Part shown: positions 54,353-64,000 of the stretch, piece by piece
Numbering within the stretch: position 1 is the stretch's first letter
Layout: each line of letters opens with the position of its first letter
Assembly: GCF_026210795.1 (NCBI RefSeq)
Contig: NC_089431.1
Location: 5,022,001 to 5,086,000, forward strand
Length of the DNA: 64,000 bases
Source: Rhizophagus irregularis
Lineage: Eukaryota
Direction of reading: 5' to 3'
Notes under the pieces: generated by a model
The model's input: only the letters and a program-made list of their open reading frames with translations
Database searches by the model: none
Told to the model about the DNA's origin: nothing
Position numbers and translations under genes: made by a program

Positions 54353-54680
54353 TATCGCCAGTAAATTACATATTTATCACTAATATACCTGATATACTAT
54401 GATTTGAACTTAAAACACAGATATCTTTATTTGATTTTTAATCATTATCAGAATTTGAATTAAATCTCGGAACCACGATGATTGTCATAAAATGTTGTAA
54501 CATATAGACTTAACGTATTATTAAATTACGATTTATTTCATTCCAGATTCATTAATTATTACATTTTACCACATTCATCAATATTAATAATTTAAGAATT
54601 AAACAAACAACTTCATATGAATTTATTTTTGTAATTAATCTATTGAATTTCTTTGGGTTTCTTAATGGAATTAAGGTTAT

Positions 54681-54834
54681 CTTTACAGAAACTTCAAGAG
54701 ATCGTAGCGATGGCTTAATGCGCAGTAACTGCATATATGTAATTTCTTTACGATTACATAATGTGGTCACTATGTATTTATAACGCAGTTAATGCGCATT
54801 AAGCCATCGTTACGATCTTGAAGTTTCTATAAAG
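54681..54834. mobile_element. 154-bp foldback element inserted at an AT dinucleotide
   Basis: ~50-bp arms CTTTA.AGAAACTTCAAGA..GATCGTA.CGATGGCTTAATGCGCA. Empty site AAGGTTATGGTA at ~57785. Confidence 0.8.
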
Positions 54835-55272
54835 ATGGTACTAGTAATAGAATTTTTTAGATATAATCATTAAATTTACACTGAAGATCTTACGATGATG
54901 AATTGATACATTCTTTAAAAAGAATCAGAAATATTCAATGATGTGATTATTGGTAATAAATTTGTTTACAATCAATTAAAAATTAAAAAACCAAAATTTT
55001 TATCACATTTTCTCGTAGAGATTAAAATTTTGAATTAATCTTATATATATGTATTTATCACCTCCAATGCGACATCTTGCAAGTTTACGAGTTCAGTTAA
55101 CGATTAACCTATTTAAACACGTGATCGTGATTGACCTATTAATTTACTTTATGGAAATAATTTTAGCCGGTTAGTAGTGGTTGGTTACCTTGTGACCGGA
55201 AAAAAAAATATTTAAGGTTTGAAAATAAAAAAAAAATGAAATTTATTTTATTTCAATCTACATCCTTTTATA

Positions 55273-56746
55273 ATGGTTGATAATAAACTTTTGACAAAAT
55301 TATCACAAAATTTACTTGAGATTTTAAACGATGAAGAATATTATGATATTACAATTGAAGTTGGTAACGACCCTTACGTAAAAGTATTTCGTGCTCATAT
55401 GGTTATTTTGAATTATCGTTCTCCTTATTTAAGAAGAATTTTATCAACAAATAAAAAGAAAAATGACGGAACTTTGACAAACATTAAATTACCAAATATT
55501 TTACCTGAAATTTTTCAAATAGTCTTAAGGTAAGATAAATAAATAAAAAATAAAATCTCGTTATTCAATAATTATATATTTTTACAACTTTTAATTATTT
55601 AATTATTTTAGGTATATTTATGGAGGAAAACTCTCATTGGAAGAATATGATATTTCAGATATCATTAAAATTTTAGTCGCTGCTAATGAGCTCAGCCTTC
55701 AAGAATTAATCTCCTGTTTAGAATCCTTTTTAATTGAAAATAAAAAAAATTGGATTGAACAAAATATTGACTTGATATATCAAACTAGTTTTGGAAACGA
55801 TTCTTTTTTAGAACTTCAAAAATATTGTACTAATTTAATTATTAAAGAACCAAATAAGATATTTAATTCGCCGAATTTCTCTTCAATCCCAGAAAAATTA
55901 TTAATCACGCTTATTCAAAATCATCAAATGAGTGAAATTCAAGTTTGGGAGCATGTAATTAAATGGGGATTTGCGCAAAATCCGGAACTTTCTTCTGATC
56001 CTACAAGCTTTTCAAAAGACGATTTTAATACTTTAAAGAAGTCCATACAAAAATGTATTCCTTTGATTAAATTCCGTAATTTAACTTCCAAAGAATTTTT
56101 GAAGAAAGTAAAACCATATAAAAAAATCTTACCGAAGGAATTATATGATGATTTATTAGAATATTTTTTGGATAATGATTATGATCCAAATAAAAAATCA
56201 GAATCTTTTGCTATTAAAGAGATTAAATTAAAAAATATTGATTCTAAGATCATTACAAATCAACATGTTGAAATAATTTCGAAATGGATTGATAGATTAG
56301 AAATTTCCGACAAATTAACAAGTTCGTATGAATTCAAATTATTATACCGCGATAGCGAAGATTCTGGTGGGATGTCTGAAAGGATTAACAAATTTCATAA
56401 AGTTTGTGATAATCATTCCCGAACTGTAACAATTTTTAAAGTGAAGGACAGAAATGAGATTCTTGGAGGATATAATCCGATAGAGTGGAAATCTGATATT
56501 AGTTGTGGAAGTACCAAAGATAGTTTTATATTTTCTTTTACTAATAATGAGAATTACTTATTAAGTCGTGTAAAGAATGAATTATATGCTATACTTAATT
56601 GTCCTCATTATGGTCCATCATTTGGTAGTGATCTGTATTTAAAACACAACAAAGTCCTTTGTTATAAAAATTATTACGAAAAACTGTTCAAAGATAACAA
56701 TGATGGTTCATTTATTTTAGATTTTTTTGAAGTATTTCAATTGTGA
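55273..56746 (+). CDS. BTB-BACK-TLDc protein, copy 7
   Basis: Intron at 55530-55611; both exons open. Confidence 0.93.
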
Positions 56747-57162
56747 AGGACTTATGATTAATAAATCCTCTAATATTTTCATAATTTATTTACAAGTTTA
56801 GATTAGAAACAATGTAATCTAGATTGAACGTGAGCCTTACTTCTATATTATTTTAACATCGTTAAACGTTCTATGGCGCGTAAAAACAATGAAATTATAA
56901 ATAAAGGCACATTTTATTCCTAATTTCCGATGCCAACATAAGGGCTGCATTTTTTACGCGGGTTGCGTAGAATAATGAATTCCCTTAAGTCTTAACTGAA
57001 CTTTATAACATACTTTTTTATAGTACATTTACTACTAATATACTGTAATATGATTTGAACTTTGAACAGATATCTTTATTTAATCATTATTAGAATTTGA
57101 ATTAAATCTCAGGTCCACAATGGTTGTCATAAAATTTATAACATATAGACTTGTATTACTTA

Positions 57163-57216
57163 TCTCCTGGCTAATTAGGAATAAGTAAAATTTTACTATT
57201 CCAATTAGCCAGGAGA
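57163..57216. mobile_element. 54-bp palindromic micro-MITE, TA-flanked
   Basis: TA|TCTCCTGGCTAATT...AATTAGCCAGGAGA|TA; absent from the paralogous unit at ~54510. Confidence 0.7.
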
Positions 57217-57227
57217 TAATTGATTTA

Positions 57228-57626
57228 TCCCCTGCCATTTACACAATAGTAAGTGTTTTATAGTATATCGTGAGTTTAATATAGTTTATTTTATTGTTGT
57301 ATCTTATTTTTCTTTCGCTTGGTTTTTTTTTTCATTTTAAAAGATTTTAAAAAATAATTGAATTTTAAAATGCTTCGGAACTATTACTAATACACTTGAA
57401 AAATAATATTGAGATTACAAATAAATTAAAAGAAAGTTTTTCTCATTTGGAAAATGCAAATCTTTCCGAATTACTCAAATTTTCAAATCAGTCCATTATA
57501 GTATAATCAATAGTTAATTTTTACCGCAAAATTTCCTAGAAACGGATAAATAAATACATATAAAATTTGCTATCCAGTAGGTATAACTACATTTGCATAA
57601 TCGTGTAAATGGTGCCGATCAGGGGA
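57228..57626. mobile_element. Non-autonomous Tc1/mariner-type element, copy B
   Basis: TA|TCCCCTG...CAGGGGA|TA; inverted homologue of 5698-6055; absent from the paralogous unit. Confidence 0.8.
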
Positions 57627-58030
57627 TAAAACGTATTAAACCACCATTTATTTCATTCCAGATTCATTAATTATTGCATTTTACCACATTCAATCAATAT
57701 TAATAATTTAAGAATTAACAACAACTTCATATGAATTTATTTTTGTAATTAATCTATTGAATTTCTTTGGGTTTTAACGGAATTAAGGTTATGGTAGTAA
57801 CAGAATTTTTAAAAGATATAATCTTATTAAATTTACACTGAAACTTTTATTTGTTACATATGATCTTACGATACATTCTTTAAAAATATTTTAATGATGT
57901 AATAAATTTGTTAAAAATTGAAAAATTACATTTTCTCGTAGAGATTAAAATTTTGAATTAATCTTATATAATTTATCTCCTCCAATGCAACATCTCATTG
58001 CATGTTTACGAGTTAACGTAAATAGCGATT

Positions 58031-61000
58031 GAGCATCCTTAACCTGTACCCGGGTATAGGTTATTATCCTGTACCCCTTTTTTCTTAAATATGAGCCCAA
58101 GATGTGGCACATTCGATCATTATTAGCCACAGGGCAATTGTACAACATTTTCTAAGAAAATATTTTTGCTGTTTACGCGCGAAAAAATATAAGAGAAAGA
58201 ACTTCAAAATATTTTAATTTCAAATATAACAAGAACCAAAACTTTAATATTTTTAATATTTTAACATTGCATTTCAAATTAAAATAAAATGTTTTATATA
58301 TAAAGTTTTAATAAACAAATATAAATACTAAAAATTTTTACAGAAACTTTAAACTAAAATACTTTTATTTGTCAATAAATACTCTAACTAAATTTAATGT
58401 CCAAATATTCCAACACCTACTGAACAATTCTACTTATTTGACAATAGCTAGTATAGTTAAATAAAGTGATGAAATTATTCTGTAAAAAAAGGTATTATAT
58501 ACGCGCACAGTAAAATATTTACTCAATAATCATAAAAATTAATATCTGGATACTTCATACCTGCTGAACAACTTTACTTATTCAATAAAAGCAAGTTTTG
58601 TTTGACCAAAATGCTTAAATTACGCCATAGTATTTATATGAAAAGTTGAATATATTACAAATAGTGAAATAGTGAGTATAGTATACAAACTAGCTTGGAG
58701 AAATATCTGAGTAGTTTCATACCTGCCGAATAATTTTACTTATTTAACAAAGCCATATTATTTGGTTAAAATAATATATATATATAAAATAATACTGAGA
58801 TTTCTGTACAAAAAACAAGATTTAATGTGAAAATTATTCTCAACTTTACAAATAATACACTATATATAAGCCAGTGTTTAAGAATATTTCTTTTTAAACT
58901 TTTAAAAATATTTTTAAAAAATAACTGAAAAGAAGAGAAAAGGAAGAGAGAAGAAAAGAAAAAAATGTGTACTATGTTTACTAAAAGAGTGGTAGATCTA
59001 AGACTATTACAAATAAAAGTAGATGGCATTTTCATGTGAAATAACTAATATATGTGTATAGAATCCAGATCTTCATCCCCTACGAGACCTCACTCTTTGA
59101 TCAGAACTATTCGAAAAAATGACTACGCTATTTGATCGAAGGGGTACCTCAAAAAAAACCCTCTGAAGAAATAGCTAAAAGATCTAAAAAGAAACAAAAA
59201 AAATAAAATTAGCAATGAGACGAACAAAAAAAAAACTACAAAAAAAGAATTCAAGTCATCATTTGTATTTTCTTTTAACTAATAAAAATTAGCTATTGTA
59301 TGTAAATACTGTCATATACAAAATGTTATAGGTTAATCAGGTCCATAATTGTTTTTTAAGGTGTGATCTATTTTAATAAGGGTTTAGTTGAAGGCCCAGG
59401 GATAGATAGACCTATTCTATTTTTGATGCTATATGCAATCTTCTTCTTGTGGTCGTTGGAGTGCTTTGTGTTATCAATAAATTGGTTAAAGAAGGTGTTG
59501 GGATTATTAATGATGTTTCGGTGTTGTGATGAAATAATGAAAAAGGAGGAATCATCATCCGTCCGAGGTAAATTGTCTATTATCAACAGATGAGACCGTC
59601 TTTGGAGGTAATTGTCATATAATTCTTTGGCTTTTGTATAACCATAGTTATATTGAGGTATGGAGGTAACGTCAAATCAACGTCTTACTTTATAATCAAA
59701 AAGGTTAATATTGTAAATATTGAGATAGTATAGGCGAGAATTGCCTACGTTATTAGGAGGTAATGGTGGTAATTTCTTTTTCTTTTTGTTTTATTTTTTG
59801 GTTCTTCGCAACCAATTCTTGGTGTGACATATAAAGGTATGCTCATTTTCAGCATTACAGGGATATACTGTACCTCTTTCTACAAAATGACTTAGTTGTT
59901 TAAAAACATTAGGTGTGGGAGAATTCTCTGAACGTGCGATTAATATATAAGGCCAAATATAATTTGAATGACGCTCTGTATTAAGTATTTTTTTTTTAAA
60001 ACGGTTCCACCATTTTATTTGTTGAGGAGATTGAACAATGTCGTATTTTGTAATACAAACGAGTAGTTGGGATGCCTTTTTCGTGACAATTTTGGTAGGT
60101 TCCATTACTTCTTTAAGGTGAGGATCTGATTTCCTTCAGTGTTCATTGTATTTCTTTATAATGACTTCATATTTCATGCCCAAACGTGTTGAATGAACTT
60201 TTTTTGCAAGGTTATGTCCAGTGCGACTCAGGTTTTGATAAAAAGTCAGGTTTTTAGGAAACTTTTCCTTTGGTTGATCATCAAAAAGAACTACTGTTAA
60301 TGAGCATAAATGTTCATTACAGTGTCAACAGTTTTGTGATAAGATGAATGCTGCGGGTTGAGAACAATTAATTATTGTTCCATAAAAACCTAGAGAGGTA
60401 TCACAAGGTAAATAAAATTCAAGATTAATCACTGGAACTGAACAGAATAAAAGTTTTTGTTTGTCTATTTTTAGAGGACTATGAAGATAATCTATTTCTG
60501 ATAGCCACTAATTTTTCTTTCAATAACTGGCGTAAGCATTTAAAATATTTATTAACAGTGTCTTGTGAGAATTGTCAATTGATAGCAAATGTAAATGTGA
60601 AGTATGTTCTGATAAGGTAATCAATGTTGAGTTTCTTACTAGTTGAATTGAAGATCCTTTGTGAATCATATCAATATCATTGGTGTAAACAAAAAAAAAG
60701 ATCATTTTTTGATAAAGAAAGATCAACATTTTCATCTAACTTGATGAGAAAATATCTAGATTTTACAGTGTGCCACTACCATGTGTATCTGATACAACAT
60801 AGGGGTTGAATTTTTTAGTATAAAAGGAAAAGTTTTAAGTTTTACAAGAATAATATAGGTAAATGAGCTTTGGAGCCTTCCTGAGGTTCCTTAGGGGTAG
60901 TCTTTTCTGCACATAATTCCTTTTAAGAGGTTTTCATAATGTTAGAAGGAGTATAAAGGTATTTGTAAATACCATTGTGGTTAAAGTTGTTCCTAATTTT

Positions 61001-61806
61001 TTATACAGAAAACAATAGGAAGAAAATATGACAAAAAGTAAAAGAAATGGTTTAATATTATTAAAAGCATAGTTTGGATGTAATAATGACACTCTTTTTG
61101 AGGGGTATAAGTGGAAACGAAAGTTTTTTGTAATAAAAATAAAATGTCTAACTTTGTAAAATTTTGTTCCAAATTTTTGTGGGAAAGAGTTTTTTTTTAG
61201 TCAAAAATGTGTACTATGTATAACATGTAAACGATAAACAGGCTGTCATGCTACTATCACATAGGGAGAACAGGATATTATCGTAATACCTCTAAGATTC
61301 CCCATAGTGATTTACCAATTTACCCCAGTAATGCCACAAAAAATTTCCACCTCAACGTAATTTTTGACCGGCATTATATTTCTCGGCCAGCATTAAGAAA
61401 TTAAGCATGTGACAAATAAGCATGACAAATAGGATTTTACACACTGAAAAATCTGTTCCTGGAATACATACATAGTAAAAATGGAAAACAGGAAGGGTGT
61501 GAAACTGGTGACAAATTTTTAAGGTCACGTGGGGTGGAAATTTTTTGTGGTGATACTGGGGAAGATCTTCCCCAGTACACCCACCGCGTTTTCACTGTTT
61601 ATATTTATCTGAGGGACTTAGTTTTTTTTTGCCTCACAAAATTATTTTTTTCACATCCCTTTAAATGTCACCGGTCACGTGGGGTGGAATTTTAATTATA
61701 AAAGTGTCGGTGATACTGGGGTAAATAGTAAATACTGGGGAAGAGCCCAGTCACGTGGTGAAATTTTAATTATAAAATTGGTGGTACTACGGTAAAATCG
61801 GTAAAT
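58031..61806. mobile_element. ~3.8-kb unclassified decayed insertion upstream of BTB copy 8
   Basis: The flanks rejoin the paralogous promoter (55081-55135) at CGATT, which occurs on both sides. No TIRs or LTRs. Broken minus-strand ORF at 59300-61000 and GC-rich repeats at 61300-61800. Confidence 0.65.
59107..59174 (+). ncRNA. Degenerate hammerhead-ribozyme-like motif (type II permutation)
   Basis: CTATTC-GAAA-[AAATGAC/GCTATTT]-GATCGA-[AGGGGT/ACCCT]-CTGAAGA-AATAG. The cleavage-site segment is non-canonical. Confidence 0.4.
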
Positions 61807-61978
61807 CGATTTACCTATTTGAACACGTGATCGTAATTGACCTTTGGCCTATTAATTTACTTTATGGAAATAATTTTAGCCGGTTAATGGTTACCTTGTG
61901 ACCGGAAAAAAAAATATTTAAGGTTTGAAAATAAAAAAAAAATGAAATTTATTTTATTTCAATCTACATCCTTTTATA

Positions 61979-63461
61979 ATGGTTGATAATAAACTTTTGA
62001 CAAAATTATCACAGAATTTACTTGAGATTTTAAACGATGAAGAATATTATGATATTACAATTGAAGTTGGTAACGACCCTTACGTAAAAGTATTTCGTGC
62101 TCATATGGTTATTTTGAATTATCGTTCTCCTTATTTAAGAAGAATTTTATCAACAAATAAAAAGAAAAATGACGGAACTTTGACAAACATTAAATTACCA
62201 AATATTTTACCTGAAATTTTTCAAATAGTTTTAAGGTAAGATAAATAAATAAAAAATAAATCTCGTTGTTCGATAATTATATATTTTTACAACTTTTTAA
62301 TTATTTAATTATTTTAGGTATATTTATGGAGGAAAACTCTCATTGGAAGAATATGATATTTCAGATATCATTAAAATTTTAGTCGCTGCTAATGAGCTCA
62401 GCCTTCAAGAATTAATCTCCTATTTAGAATCCTTTTTAATTGAAAATAAAAAAAATTGGATTGAACAAAATATTGACTTGATATATCAAACTAGTTTTGG
62501 AAACGATTCTTTTTTAGAACTTCAAAAATATTGTACTAATTTAATTATCAAAGAACCAAATAAGATATTTAATTCGCCGAATTTCTCTTCAATCCCAGAA
62601 AAATTATTAATCACGCTTATTCAAAATCATCAAATGAGTGAAATTCAAGTTTGGGAGCATGTAATTAAATGGGGATTTGCGCAAAATCCGGAACTTTCTT
62701 CTGATCATACAGGCTTTTCAAAAGATGATTTTAATACTTTAAAGAAGACGTTACAAAAATGTATTCCTTTGATTAAATTCCGTAATTTAACTTCCAAAGA
62801 ATTTTTGAAGAAAGTAAAACCATATAAAAAAATCTTACCGAAGGAATTATATGATGATTTGTTAGAATATTTTTTGGATAATGATTATGATCCAAATAAA
62901 AAATCAGAATCTTTTACTATTAAAGAGATTAAATCAAAAAATATTGATTCTAAGATCATTTCAAATCAACATGTTGAAATAATTTCGAAATGGGTTGATA
63001 GGTTAGAAAATACGGTCAAACCAACAACTTCATATGAATTCAAATTATTATATCGTGAGTATTATGATGATGGATCTCTTAATTTATTTGATAGATTTAG
63101 AAAATTTCATTAAGTTTGTGATAATCATTCCCGAACTGTAACAATTTTTAAAGTGAAGGACAGAAATGAGATTCTTGGAGGATATAATCCGATTGAATGG
63201 AAATCTGATTTTAGTTGTGGAATTACTAAGGATAGTTTTATATTTTCTTTTAATAATGAGAATTACATTTTAAGTCGTGTAGAGAATGAAAAGAATGCTA
63301 TAATTAATAGTCCTTATTACGGTCCATCATTTGGTTTTGATCTGTATTTATTCTATAACAACAAGAAAGTCTCTTGTGATCTAAAATATTATGAAAAACA
63401 GATCAAAGTTAATAATGATAATTCATTTATTTTAGATTTTTTTGAGGTATTTCAATTGTGA
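61979..63461 (+). pseudogene. BTB-BACK-TLDc gene, copy 8 (single in-frame TAA at 63111-13)
   Basis: Intron at 62236-62317. ORFs 62343-63113 and 63153-63461 are in the same frame. Exon 1 protein is identical to copy 7. Confidence 0.9.
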
Positions 63462-63834
63462 AGGGCTGATGATTATTAATAAATCCTCTTCATAATTTAT
63501 TTACAAAATTAGATTAGAAACAATGTAATCCATATTGAACGTGTGCCTTATTTCTATATTATTTTAACATGATCGTTAAACGTTCTATGGCGCGTAAAAA
63601 CAATGAAATTATAAATAAAGGCAAAATCGCTTGTTACGTAATTTAGATTTTGATGCCGAGAGTGTTGAGCTCGAACACGAAGACTTAACTAGACAATCAT
63701 AAAAAGTATCGAGTTTAAAGAGCTAGGTCAATGTGATAACTAACATTTTATTCCTAATTTCCTATGCCAACATAAAGGGCTGCATTTTTTAATAATATAT
63801 GCATATTATGTGCTATGATACCGCTAGTAATAAC

Positions 63835-63985
63835 GGATATAATCCGATTGAATGGAAATCTGATGGTAGTTATGGAATTACTAAAGATAGTTTTATATTT
63901 TCTTTTAAGAATAGTGATATTATTTTAAGTCGTGTAAAGGAGCATATATAATTATCCATTCGGTCCATCGTTTGGTGATCTGTTT
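63835..63985 (+). pseudogene. Orphan TLDc-coding fragment
   Basis: GYNPIEWKSDGSYGITKDSFIFSFKNSDIILSRV..GPSFGDL, with no upstream gene body. Confidence 0.8.
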
Positions 63986-64000
63986 TTACGCGTTGCTTTT

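Noticed and set aside
58060..58145. HDV-like ribozyme at the left end of the 3.8-kb insertion
   Set aside because: Stems exist, but the nested double-pseudoknot order could not be built on either strand.

Overview
This is AT-rich, intron-containing eukaryotic DNA. Its gene content (expanded TKL-type kinases and BTB-BACK-TLDc genes) points to an arbuscular mycorrhizal fungus (Glomeromycota, Rhizophagus-like); this is inferred from gene families, not from a database search. The window is an accessory, birth-and-death locus. It holds eight BTB-BACK-TLDc genes or pseudogenes plus fragments, one BTB-SPRY-like gene, three TKL kinases (one intact, two frameshifted) and many transposons. The largest element is a 12.2-kb Ty3/Gypsy LTR retrotransposon (13876-26068) with 501-bp LTRs, a GTAT target-site duplication (TSD) and a tRNA primer-binding site. 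Its organisation is unusual: an N-terminally extended Gag, a -1 frameshift/pseudoknot signal, integrase in a separate ORF, and a third non-Env ORF with its own TATA box that reads into the 3' LTR. That third ORF is split by a nested Mutator-like element. Also present are an intact DD35D pogo element inside a BTB gene, nested MITEs, Helitron-like pieces, and a 3.8-kb relic carrying a degenerate hammerhead-like RNA motif. The two most interesting signals are (i) the constant/hypervariable architecture of the BTB-TLDc tandem array and (ii) the extra-ORF Gypsy element.
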